Shown here: piece after piece, positions 13,841 to 31,445 of the stretch
Numbering within the stretch: position 1 is the first letter of the stretch
Layout: the number at the start of each line of letters is the position of its first letter
Assembly: GCF_009914755.1 (NCBI RefSeq)
Contig: NC_060937.1
Strand: one strand, 5' to 3'
Source of the DNA: the human T2T-CHM13v2.0 reference genome, Homo sapiens
Length of the DNA: 64,000 bases
Notes under the pieces: model-generated
What the model saw: the letters and a program-made list of their open reading frames with translations, nothing else
Database searches by the model: none
What the model was told of the DNA's origin: nothing
Translations under genes and position numbers: made by a program

Positions 13841-14734
13841 CTGTGAAAAACAATTTCACAGTTTAAAAAGCAAGACTCTCTTTGGCACTGATATCCAACA
13901 TTTCAGACAGAGAAGCAAAGAGCTCATCCCAGCTGATGACTGCCTCATAACTTGGGAAGCAATTGCATAATGACTAATTCTGGAGCTTGTGCAGATACTG
14001 GGACAAACACTGCAAACCTTGTAAAGGACAAAAAATCCCAGTGGGTGATAAATCAGCATGGTTGCTCAGGCCCTCCAAGTAGTATCATGGAAAAGTGCAG
14101 TGGCCCCTCATATCGCACTGAGGCATCAGCTAAGAAATGACTTGAGGGAAGAATGCCTCCTATGGAATCATCAACAAGTCAAACAGATCACTTCGTTTTT
14201 ATACACTTCTGGTTCAGGAGTCTGATTTGGTGCTCTACAGAGGAACACACAACCCATGCTAGCAAAAAGAAGTAGAAAGAATTCTTTTCTCCTTCTAGAA
14301 TGGTACCCCAGCACAATCGGGATTGCTAGAGGGCAGATATGCAACAGAGCGTTCTTAAAGTTACTCCTTTTCTGAATACTAAAGAACTTTTCTCAGGCTT
14401 TTTGAATGAGCTGAAAACCAGTTTCGAAAGATAAGATATTAAACCATTTCTATAGGGAATAAGAACACTGGAGATTATTTACTTTGCTGTAATTACTTTG
14501 GCACATAGGGAGATTAGCTTTCAAATGCTACTAGGTTTGCATACAGAGATTTCAATAATGAAGAAAAATTAGTTCATGTTTTGAATATTTAGGGCTTGAA
14601 GTATATATTACTGCTAAAGAGTGAAAACTGGTTAATACTTGTGCAGAGAAGAATAGTTACCAAAACCATTAATTGTTTTAAAGTCTGCACTTCCTTCCCC
14701 ACGAACAATCACTTATTTGGCTTATTTTCTCTCT

Positions 14735-15000
14735 TTTTTAAAACAATACATAATAGTTGTACATATTTTTGGGGAATATGTGATATTTTGAAACATATGT
14801 ACAATGTGTATGCATGTATAACACATCAGGATAACTGAGATATCCATCACCTCAAACATTTATCTTTGCTTTATGTTGGCAACATTCCAATTCTTCTATT
14901 TTGAACTATATATTAATTGTTCATTATAGTCACCCTACTGTACTACAAAACCCTTGATATTATTCCTTCTATCCAAATGTATTTTTGTACCTGTTAACAA
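14735..15000 (-). mobile_element. L1MA-type 3' end fragment
   Basis: taatagttgtacatattt...tatccatcacctcaaacattt...atagtcaccctactg...tattccttctatc. Confidence 0.85.
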
Positions 15001-15399
15001 TTGTTTGTTTTTAAAAAGCATCTTGACTTTTATTAGAGCCACTACTAAATGAAAACTCACTTGTACATTCATAAACGAGTTTGAGTTTCATAAGAATTGG
15101 GTTTTTAAACCAAGAAGCAAGACAGCCAATAATTCCATCTAGTAAGGGGGAAAATAAAACTTCTTTTGAGTTAAATGAACAAACTTCAAGAAGAGATAAA
15201 TGGAATTTTAGAAATTCATTATTTAGTGGGATATTTTCTTGGGTTTTCGAGATTGTTTACATCATGACTTTAAGCTGGGACCAAATTTATTTCTGAAAAG
15301 AGTCTGGTAGCATGTCTCGCTTTATACATTATAGTTCATCTCCCTGCTTGCTATCTGTTAGGTGAGAAGTGGTTGAGATTAAGTGACAATGTTTGCACA

Positions 15400-17115
15400 G
15401 TTATTTTTGACTTTTTATTCTGAAACAATTATCAATTTACAGGAAGTTGCAAATGTTCCATGTTCTTTTAGCCAGCTTCCCCAGATGGTAACATCTCAAC
15501 ATAATTATCAAATCCAGGGAACTTGGTTTGGATCATAATCCTGAAAGATACAATCCCAAATGTTGAAATCCCAAAGGATCAAAATCCCTAAATATCAAAC
15601 GCCCTTTAAATCAAAATCTTAAAGTCCAAAATTCTGAAAATTATAGTCACATGATAGTTGTATCATGTTAGATGAAACTATTACCTTCTTACTGTCTTTA
15701 TTTGGAAATTGAATATGATTTAAGGAGAGCTGTGTCTTGAAAGAAAAACCTCAGCTATTCATCATGATACAAGACTTTAAGATATAATGATTGTGAAAGT
15801 CACCCAACTCTTATAAACTATCTCCAGGCAACTGTCCACAATCTATTCTTGCAATACACTTTTTCACACATGGAATTTTAAAAGATTTTTTCTTATTATT
15901 TTAGTTTTTCACTCTTTAAAATTATCAGCATTATTTTCTACAATTCACTTGCTATGTATTTCATCTTCACATCATTTCAATACTGGAGGTACAAAACTGT
16001 AGAGACCTTTAGAGGGTTCCAATTAGTTTTACGCATTTTTTTGCAAGAGACTCCACGAAAGTGCATTATCACAATGTTAATTTTTGTTTGTAAGCATTTG
16101 TGCATGTACGTAAAAACACTGAAATTTCCTCAATAAAGAGATGTACTTTTTGTACACGTGCATTTGTAAAAAATAACATTTCTCAAGATCTCAGCAATTT
16201 GTGTGACTGTATATGTTGTGGTGACCCATCTTAGTTTTTTAACTAATCTCCTCAAAAGACTTAGATTGTTCATCACAGTATTTCAGATGACCACAGGTAC
16301 AAAGCTGGGTGCACACGGTTACAAACCACAATGATATGCACTCATTATTTCCCTTTTTACCTATTTCTTTATGAATAGGGTTTATCTGCTCATAACTGTT
16401 ATACCCATGCAATTATTGTGTGTATACCTTAGTGCTTACACAAAATATCTATGTTAGTATTGTGTATTTTATTGTGTAAGGTAACCTATGAAGTGTTCTG
16501 TCATGTTTTTATATGTTTCATAAATAAATCCCCTTTTAAAATGCAAATACATATCTTTTAAAGAATTTTTAAATTATTTTTTCCAGAACTATATTTTTGG
16601 GATTTTTATCTTTCAGGATTGTGATTTTGGGGATTTTAGACTGAAGGAATTTTATCTTTTGGGATTATGGCATTTGGAATTGTGTCTTTTGGAATTATAA
16701 TAATCTTCCCAAGAAACTACAATAGTATGATACCCTTATACAGACTACAGACCTTATTCAGATTTTGCCAGCTTTTGTATGCACTCATTTGTACATGTGT
16801 ATGTATGTATGTATATATATAGTTTTACATAGGTGTAGTCCCTGTGTAGATTCTGATAACCATCACTGTAATCAAGAAACAGCATTCTTCTAACCCCACC
16901 AGGGAACACCCTTATGCTACTCCCTCCATCCTATCCCTATCCCCTGGCCACCACTAATGTGTTCTCCATCTCTATAATTCTGTCCTTTCAAGAATGTTAT
17001 ATAAATGGAATTATACACTATGAAATTTTTTGAAACTAGCTTTTTTCACTCAGAATAATGCCCTTTAGACCCAGCCAAGTTGCTGCACGTATCAATGGTT
17101 CATTTGTACTCTTTT
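15400..17115 (-). mobile_element. Old L1 (L1MC/ME-type) 3' end split by Ricksha
   Basis: acaggaagttgcaaa...cagcttcccc...ggtaacatc (15400-15523) resumes after 16718 with agaccttattcagattt...aatgttatataaatggaat. Confidence 0.75.
15524..16709. mobile_element. Ricksha (MULE/MuDR) non-autonomous DNA transposon
   Basis: Ends ggtttggatcataatcc...aatccc repeats and mirrored gggatt repeats (long TIRs); degenerate 9-bp TSD cagggaact (15515-15523) / caagaaact (16710-16718). Confidence 0.88.
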
Positions 17116-17457
17116 TAGTGCTCTGAAATATTACTCTCATTTTGATCATCATACAAATTGACTGAATGCAGAAATATCTTGTTGAGGTTTAAATAGATAG
17201 ATAAATAGCACTTCTCACAAGTTCCAAAACAAATTAAAAGGCAAATGAAGCAGGCAGATAGGGGATAAAAAGATATCAATGCTTTACTGTTCAGTCTGAT
17301 TGAAGAATATAGCTTTATATCTGATGCCAGAGGGGTTGGCTAATACTCTACTGCAGGATTAAACTTATCCATTGGCATAGATGGAAAACTACTGGCAGGC
17401 AAATCTGGAAGAACGGGGCATGCTGAATTCCTACTCTGTAACTCACCTTTCAGGTAA

Positions 17458-18116
<659 letters not shown>

Positions 18117-20147
18117 GGTAACTTTAAATCCAGGAGAGGAATGACTTGGGAGGCATAGAAAAATGGGTAGTGTTCTTTCCATATTTTTCCTTCCTCAGGT
18201 GCAGTGTGTACATTCTGTCCTCTGTAGAAACATAAAGAGTATGGAATAGACATTGTAGCCAACAATCTAGATTTTCTCCCCCTTATCCCTTTCACTGTCT
18301 TTTAGTTTTTCCCTTCCATTTATGGGCAACCAGAAATGTTGCTATTCCCCTGAGTGAAGACTGCTTTTCGGGGCCATAAATCCAGGCAGCTTTAGATAGT
18401 ATTCTTAGATACCTCTCTGAAGCGTCTCTGGGAATGTTATACGCTTATCTTCCTTTCTACTTCAGAAGTCCTATTCATAGTCCTATTCCTTTGTTCTATA
18501 GAATATCTCAATAACATTTCTTGAGAGTAGATTTTATTCAGTAGATGACAAATTTAAAGCAAAATATATAACAAACAGGCAATATGCTAGGAGTTAAGAG
18601 AATTTACCTTAATTTCCAAATGAAGACTTTACCTGTTTTGTTTCCCCTAATGTTTGCCCAAAAAGGAATAACTGACTACTAAAAATACCCTATGCTTACC
18701 AGTTCTATAGTAACCTTCCTTTAGAAGCTATTTCTTTATTAGCTTTTCCTATTTTAAAAAATGACATATATGTACATTATATATATATTTTTTTAAAAAA
18801 CAGCTTTTTGCAATTTATAGCAAAATGGTAAACTAGAACAGGTTATTGTATCCCTTCCTCATGCTCAAACCTGAAAAAAATGACCTTAGTAGCAAAGAAC
18901 TAAAAATAACAGGGATGGTGAAAGACACCAAGAATAGGTATGCCATTGTATTCTTCTTGATAGAATTATGGATAACAAATTAAGACACCGATAGAGAAAA
19001 ATAAAAAAGAAGAGTGCACTTTAATAAGTTAGGGAGAATCACATAATGTTGAACTAGTGTCTTTTAAACAAAAGAAAATGTGATGTGTACAAAGGAAATC
19101 AGAAAAGAAGAAGAAAAAGTAAAACAAAAAGAAAACATAATAAACAGAAAATATATATGACTAAGATAACAGGAATAAGTCCTGATGTAACAGTATTTAA
19201 AGTCATTATAAATGGTATAAGCCCACCAATCAAGACCCTCAGAGAAGTTCTGACTTCTAATAATGGTGGAGTAGCTTATAACAGACTAACACTTTGCTGA
19301 AAATAGGTACAAGCTCCACACAAAACATAAAAACAACTTTTTGAAGGCACTGAAGGGAAACCAAATGAAGAAGGAAACTGACCTTTGAAAGAAAAAAAAA
19401 CAACACACTGGGTAAGATCTACTTTTATACATCTTTTCCCTTAGGACAAGATAGGTGGAATTCAAGCAGAAATCCAGTCTGGTTAGTATGAAGAGTCAGA
19501 GGACAGAGTCTGAGGCTGCCAGAGCACTGCAAAAAGCAACAGGGGGTGGGACTGGTGATCCACAACGAAGAAATGCGTAGAAATAAGACCTGAATCCCGC
19601 ATTTAAATCCTTGGCTGATCACTTAAATTGTACGTACATGCATGCATGGGGCAAGACTCCAAAGAGCACAGGATAAAACGAACCAATGGAAGGCGGAAAG
19701 AACCAAATAGAGATTTCAGCAGCTGTATATTTCAGCTGCTAATAATTATTATCTTGAATTTGCAATTTAAGTCCTGCCAGATAGTGGGGGCTTGGCAAAT
19801 AACTTGGGCTTTCTAGTGACATCACAGAAGGGCCATGAGTTAAGAATAAATACTTATTTGAAGAACTATTTTCCTTACAACTAAAGGCAAAACAAAAACA
19901 GTTCTACCCTAACAAAGCCTAATATTGACCAGTAACATAATTGGATATTGGATATTATCCAATAATATGAAAGATATAGGTAAAAGACTACAGAGGATAT
20001 AAAACATAATACTAAAATTATTTAACCTAAAAAATTCAGGAAAGGAGGAACAGAGAAACAAAATAGAGGAGACAAATGGAAACCAAATAGCAAAATTGCA
20101 CACTTAAAAACAAATATCAAAAATTAAATTAAATATATGTAACACCC

Positions 20148-20228
20148 CTGCAGTGAGCCAAGATTGCACCACTGCACTCCAGCCTGAGTGACAGAGTGGG
20201 ACTCCATCTCAAAAAACAAACAAACAAC

Positions 20229-20274
<46 letters not shown>

Positions 20275-20292
20275 TTGTAATATATATATATT
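20148..20292 (+). mobile_element. 5'-truncated Alu 3' fragment with tail-derived (CT)n(AT)n microsatellite
   Basis: ctgcagtgagccaagattgcaccactgcactccagcctg...ctcaaaaaa; flanks gtaacacccc / gtaacactcc are TSD-like. Confidence 0.85.
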
Positions 20293-22381
20293 CGTAACAC
20301 TCCAATTACAAGGCAAAGATTTTTAAACTAGATAAGAAAGCAAACAAATACATGCTCTATTAAAAAAGATGCACTTTAAATGTAAAGATATATGCAAGTT
20401 TAAAAAAAAGAATGAAAAAAATACATCAAATATTCCACATATAAGAAAGCCTGTATGGCTATATAAATATCAAACAAAGTAGACTTCAAGCCAATGTATA
20501 TTACCAGAGAAAATGAGGGTAATTTCATAATGACAAGGGGGTGTTACTATAGAGGGCCGTTTCATTAATAAAGCTCAAGAATTTTAACATATATGAAACA
20601 AAGACTTAGTAGAAATAAGGGGAAAAAATAGAAACCATTCACATAGTTGGAGATTTTTAACACCCCTCTCTTAGGAAATTATAAAACAACAGACCAAGGG
20701 GATAGTATGAATGCAGAAGATTTGAACATTATCAGTGAACTTCAACTTAAAATATATTTTGAATAGTAAACTCAACAAAGCAAAATTCATATAGTACACA
20801 TTCTTGTCCAGTACATTGAAAAATATTTAATGAGACAGACTATATATTGGAATAAAAAACATCTTAATAAATTTTTAAAAATCAGATAGAATATGTTTCC
20901 TGTCTACAAAGTATTTAATAAGATATCAATATTAAGAGGTCTAGAAATTACCAGGCCTCTCAGAATATTCCTTCTAAACAATCCATGGGTACAAAGAAAT
21001 CATAAGTGAAATTAGAAAATATTTAGAACTAAATAATAATAACATATAAAAATGTGTGAGATTTACTAAGGCAATGCTTAGAAAAAAATCTGTAGATTTA
21101 AAAAGCTTATATTTAAAAAAGTAAGAAAGGTTTAAAGTGAATGATCTATGCTACCAAGTTAAGAAGCTACAGATAGAATAAATTAATACAAAGTAATTAG
21201 AAAGGAGGAAGCAATAAAATAAAGCAGAAAACAATGAAATAGAAAAGAGACAGTAATGAATATCAGCAGGGCCAATTTGGGTTCTTGGAAAAAAAAAGAA
21301 AGAAAGAGGCGGAAGGAGCATACCACAACACAATTTACAATTATCACCCTAATAACAAAATGTGATAGCAATATTACAAAAAAGAAAAATCACAAACCAG
21401 TATCACTCAGAAAGATGTAAAAGCTGTAACAAAATATTAAGCAAATCAAGCCCAGTAATACATAAACAGATAATACAGCTTGACCATATGGTATTTTTCC
21501 CAAAAATACAAGATTAGTTCAACATTCAAAACTGTATCTGATTAACAAAAATATTAACAATATATGGGTAAAAATAAAAACTATGATCATTGTAAGAGAT
21601 ATAGAAAGGACATTTTACAAAATTGAGCACATGATCAAGAAAGAAAAAAAAAACAAGCTCCTAGTAATAGAAGGGAACCTGATAAAACTATCTAAAAAAA
21701 ATCTCACTCTAATATCACAATTAATGTTGAAATATTGAATGCTTTTCTCCTAAAGTCAGGAAAATATCCACTCCTACCACTTCTACTCAACATTGAACTA
21801 CCAGTCCTGGATAGTGCAGTAAGGCAAGAAAGATATATATATATATATGGCATAAACATTAGAACAGAAGAAGTAAAACTGTTTTTTGCCCCCACCCTCA
21901 CTCCCGACCCAGACAACATGGTTGCTTACAGTGAAAATTTTAAGGAATGTACATACACATAAAATTACTGGAACTGAAAAATTCCTTTAGTAAGGCCCAA
22001 TGACAGAAAGTGAATATATGAAAATCAACTCTATTTCTATATACTGGCAGTGAATAACTGAAAATGAAATTTAAAACGATACTATTAAAAATTGCATAAT
22101 AAAACATTAAATAGAGAAAAAACATAATAACAAATATGCAAGACCTCTATACGGAAAACCAAAAAATATTGAAGAAAAAGAATAAAGACCTATGTAAATG
22201 AATAGATGTTTCATGTTTCAGGGAAGTCTCAACATTAAACCGTGACCTGCCCCAAAGTTGATTTGTAGATTCAATGCCATCCCAATGAAAATCACAGCAG
22301 GATTTTTACAGAAATTGACAGGTGAGTCTAAAACTTGTATGGAAATGTAAAGAACCTATAGTTATTAAAACAATAAGAACA

Positions 22382-22705
<324 letters not shown>

Positions 22706-22826
22706 TTACAGGACCTGATTCCAAAATTTACAAAAATGCTATCAGAAAATGTGGTTCTGATATAACGACAGAAAAAAAGATCAATTAAATGGAATAAGGA
22801 ATTAAGATATGTATGTGGACATATAT

Positions 22827-23532
22827 TGTTAGACTAGGTAGTTAGGCAGACATGAGCAGAGTGGGAGAGGGGTCCCCCTTATACTAGGAATGTCAGGCCA
22901 CCATCAGGTGATGGCTAGACAGTTCTTAAACTGCCTCTCTAAAATAATTGGTTGTAGCTGGTGCCAGGAAAGGCAGTTTCCCAGTAGATAGAGAACACCT
23001 GAAGCTGATGATCAGCGGCTTCCTAATAAGATCTCAGGAGTTGGGTGAGTGGGCTCAAGCATGAGCACTAAAAGGCAAACTGGCACGTTTAACTGGTATA
23101 TGACCTTGCTCTAGGAACATTTGTCTGGTGAGGGAAGAATGCCTCAAGTGAGCATGCGTACAACTTCAATAAGCACATTGGGCATGCATCCCCTCCCAAG
23201 TGCGGACAGGCCATTGCGCATGTCGACAGCCCACCCTAAGGGAAGAATCAAGGTAGAAGTAACACAGACCCTGGAATCATGCCAATGTATAAAGCCCCAA
23301 GGCAAAGGTCAAACAGTGCACTTGAATCTCTCAAGTCACCTGCTTGGCCCTCTTCCAGTGTACTTTACTTCCTTTTGTTCCTGCTCTAAAACTTTTTAAT
23401 AAACTTTGACTCCTATTCTAAAACTTGCCTTAGTCTCTTGCATTGCCTTATGGCCCCTCAGTCAAATTCTTTCTTCTGAGGAGGCAAGAATTAAGGTGGC
23501 TGCAGACCCATATGGATTTGGTGCAGCTAACA
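22827..23532 (+). mobile_element. MER50-like ERV1 solo LTR
   Basis: TG...CA ends (tgttagactaggtagttaggcagacatgagc...gctaaca), TATA-like tataaa near 23288, aataaa near 23398, 4-bp TSD atat/atag. Confidence 0.85.
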
Positions 23533-24249
23533 ATAGGACAAATTAATTTTCAACAGAAGCACCAAGGTAATTCAATACAGACAGAAAGTGTGATCTTTTC
23601 AACAAATGATGCTGAAACAAATGTAAATCTGTAATGAATAAATAGGCCTCACAATATATAGGTAAAGTAACCCAGGACGATTCATAGAGCTACATATAAA
23701 AACTAAAAATATAAAGCTGATAGAAGAAAAAACCTTTATGACATTAGGATGGTAAAGATCTTTCCATACACAAAACCCACTAAGGGTTAGGCAAAACAAA
23801 ACATAAAAAAATTCTGCTCTTCAAAGGACATCATTAAGAAAATGAAACGGCAAGCCATAGATTCCCAGAGTGGCTTTAAAAAGCAAATAGCCTGTCTATG
23901 AGAATTATAGTTTTTAAAATAAGGATATAAAATTACTGGGGTAAAAAGGAAGAAAATATTTAAAATACACATATCTGACAAATGATGTATATACAAAATA
24001 TAATTTTTAATTCTACAATTTAATAAAGAGACAACACAATAAGTAATGGACAAAAGAAATAGAACCTTGAGAAATGAAGATGCAAAAGGCGAATTAGTAT
24101 AAGAAACGGCTTCAGCTTGACATCATTAGTTACCTGAGAAATGCAATTAAAACCACAAATATTGATGAGGTAATAGGCCACAATATTGAAAAACACAATA
24201 CATTCCAAAGGCTCAACATCATATGGAAAATTTTTTATGACCATACTAT

Positions 24250-25800
24250 GTAGTAAAATCAGAAATTAATAACAAAGGAACAAAAAAAGTAAAAAATAAG
24301 TTTGCAAAATAAATATTAAATAACCATTACAGAAGAAATCTTAAGAGAAATTATAATTTTAAGTACATTTTTAACGAAACAAGAAAGACTGAAAACAAGC
24401 AAGTTAAACAGTCAACACAAGAATCTGCAAAGAGCAAGTAACAAATTGAAACACAAAAAAGGGAAACAATGATGAGGGCAGGGATCAATGTGAAAAACAT
24501 TCATGAAGGAGGAGGAAAAGAAGGAAGAAGATGAGGAGGAGAGAAGGAGGGAGAAGGAAGATTAACAAGCTAGTTCTTGGGAAAGATTCCTAAATTATAC
24601 ATAGTTCAAGAAAATCTGAAAAAGATAAAAAGGTAGAAGTTGCAAGTTAAATTAAAAAACAGAAATAACTACAAACTGATTTTTAAATGAGAAAAGAATA
24701 TCAAATCTTCTTGAAAATATTAAGCATCAAAATTGTTTGAGATAAAATAGAAATCTTGGATAAAACAATAATCATAAAAAACAGAACCAGAAATAATAAT
24801 TTTTAAATCTCTTCCAAAAACGGAAAATATTAGGCCCAGATCATTTTGCCAGTGAGTTTTACTTTCAACAAACAGATCATTCCTATTTTATATGTTATTA
24901 AAGCACACAGAACAAGAGGATAAGCTGCCCAGCATATGTGATAAGAACACTGGTACCTTAACTCCAAAACCTAATAAGGACAATGAAAGAAAATCTCACT
25001 TATCAACATAGATGCGAATATGTTAATATAAACATAGTCAATCACATCCAACAGAGTATTAAAATAGGAGGGGAGAGGAAAAAGAGGGCAGGAGGAGGGA
25101 AAGACAGTGGCAGGGCAAGGAGACTATGGCAAAGATAACAAAGACATCAGGATCAGATAAAGTTTATCCCGATGTTCAGATATATCCTATGTCTGGATAA
25201 CATATTTCCTAATAATTCAATGATGGTTTGACATTAGAAAACATATGAAAGTAATCCATCACATTAATAGATTAAATGAAAAAAATCACTTGGTTATCTC
25301 AATAAATGTAGAAATAACATTTGAAAAGTATACAATGATTCGTGTTAAAAATTATCAGACTACTAAGAATGAGGGTAACTTCCTTAATAAGGTAAAGGTT
25401 ATATAGCAAAATGTACAGCAAGCACTCAATTAATTGAAAAACTTTAGACACATAATACTACCTGCTATCACTACTTCAGGCCAACACTATGAGAAAACAA
25501 AAAGAAATCAGAAGGATAATAATTGAAGGAGGAGAGAAAAAAGTGATGAACATAAAATGTGTCTATCAACATAGAAAAATTAACACAATCAATGAAGAGA
25601 AATGTGACCAACATAAAAAAGTAAGCTGAACCAATAGATAAGAATTAACAGAATCAATACAAAAGTAGAAAAATAATAACAAATTTGAACAAGGTGGTCG
25701 AATTCAAGATCAACTTAACATCTACAAAATTGCTCTACAGAAACAATAATCAAGTAGAAAAATAGAAAATAAGATAGCATCCACAATAAAAGAAATACCT
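24250..25800 (+). mobile_element. Second old L1M ORF2 remnant (host; continues at 31405-31445 and 33806-33900)
   Basis: ggcccagatcattttgccagtgagttt, aacatagatgc, gtaatccatcacattaatag motifs; the pieces join into ...aaataccttgaaattaac...aagaatgcacaagatctctatggagaaa, colinear with L1 ORF2. Confidence 0.75.
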
Positions 25801-26064
25801 TTTTTTTTTGGTTTGGCTATCTAGGATTAAGAAAGTTGGTTTTTTAAATTATTATTATTATACTTTAAGTTTTAGGTTACATGTGCACAATGTGCAGGTT
25901 TGTTACATATGTATACATGTGCCATGTTGGTGTGCTGCTGCACCCATTAACTCATTATTTAGTATTAGGTATATCTCCAAATGCTATCCCTCCCCCCTCC
26001 CCCCACCCCACAACAGTCCCCAGAGTGTGATGTTCCCCTTCCTGTGTCCATGTGTTCTCATTGT

Positions 26065-29879
<3,815 letters not shown>

Positions 29880-29942
29880 TATGATGTTAGCTGGTGATTT
29901 TGCTCGTTAGTTGATGCAGTTTCTTCCTAGCCTTGATGGTCG

Positions 29943-31107
29943 TTACATTTTGGCATGTTTTTGCAGTGGCTGGTACCGGTTGTTCCTTTCCATGTTTAGT
30001 GCTTCCTTCAGGAGCTCTTTTAGGGCAGGCCTGGTGGTGACAAAATCTCTCAGCATTTGCTTGTCTGTAAAGTATTTTATTTCTCCTTCACTTATGAAGC
30101 TTAGTTTGGCTGGATATGAAATTCTGGATTGAAAGTTCTTTTCTTTAAGAATGTTGAATATTGGCCCCCACTGTCTTCTGGCTTGTAGAGTTTCTGCCGA
30201 GAGATCCGCTGTTAGTCTGATGGGCTTCCCTTTGTGGGTAACCCGACCTTTCTCTCTGGCTGCCCTTAACATTTTTTCCTTCATTTCAACTTTGGTGAAT
30301 CTGACAATTATGTGTCTTGGAGTTGCTCTTCTCGGAGTGTCTTGGAGTATCTTTGTGGCTCTTCTCGGAGTATCTTGGAGTTGCTCTTCTTGGAGTATCT
30401 TTGTGGCGTTCTCTGTATTTCCTGAATTGGAATGTTGGCCTGCCTTGTTAGATTGGGGAAGTTCTCCTGGATAATATCCTGCAGAGTGTTTTCCAACTTG
30501 GTTCCATTCTCCCCGTCACTTTCAGGTACACCAATCAGACGTAGATTTGGTCTTTTCACATAGTCCCATATTTCTTGGAGGCTTTGTTCGTTTCTTTTTA
30601 TTCTTTTTTCTCTAAACTTCCTTTCTGGCTTCATTTCATTCATTTCGTCTTCCATCACTGATACCCTTTCTTCCAGTTGATCGCATCGGCTCCTGAGGCT
30701 TCTGCATTCTTCACGTAGTTCTCGAGCCTTGGCTTTCAGCTCCATCAGCTCCTTTAAGGACTTCTCTGCATTGGTTTTTCTAGGTAACCATTCGCATTCT
30801 TCACGTAGTTCTCGAGCCTTGGCTTTCAGCTCCATCAGCTCCTTTAAGGACTTCTCTGCATTGGTTTTTCTAGGTAACCATTCGTCTAATTTTTTCTCAA
30901 AGTTTTTAACTTCTTTGCCATTGGTTTGAATTTCCTCCTGTAGCTCGGAATAGTTTGATCATCTCTGAAGCCTTCTTCTCTCAACTCATCAAAGTCATTC
31001 TCCGTCCAGCTTTGTTCCGCTGCTGGTGAGGAGCTGCGTTCCTTTGAAGGAGGAGAGGCGCTCTGCTTTTTAGAGTTTCCAGTTTTTCTGCTCTGTTTTT
31101 TCCCCAT
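29943..31107 (-). pseudogene. L1 ORF1p RNA-binding protein, disrupted
   Basis: MGKKQSRKTGNSKKQSASPP start, EIWDYVKRPNLRLIGVPE, YPAKLSF; broken by a frameshift near 30960 and an insertion at 30311-30408. Confidence 0.96.
30704..30883. repeat. Perfect 2x90-bp tandem duplication within L1 ORF1
   Basis: 30704-30793 is identical to 30794-30883. Confidence 0.97.
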
Positions 31108-31445
31108 CTTTGTGGTTTTATCTACTTTTGGTCTTCGATGATGGTGACGTACAGATGGGTTTTTGGTGTGGATGTCCTTTCTGTTTGTTAGTTTTCCTTC
31201 TAACAGACAGGACCCTCAGCTGCAGGTCTGTTGGAGTTTGCTAGAGATCCACTCCAGACCCTGTTTGCCTGGGTATCAGCAGCGGTGGCTGCAGAACAGC
31301 GGTGGCTCAGATGGAAATGCAGAAATCGCCCATCTTCTGCGTCGCTCATGCTGGGAGCTGTAGACCGGAGATCTTCCTATTTGGCCATCTTCGCTCCGCC
31401 AAGCAGAAATATCTTGAAATTAACTTGAAAGTAAGAATGCTCAAG

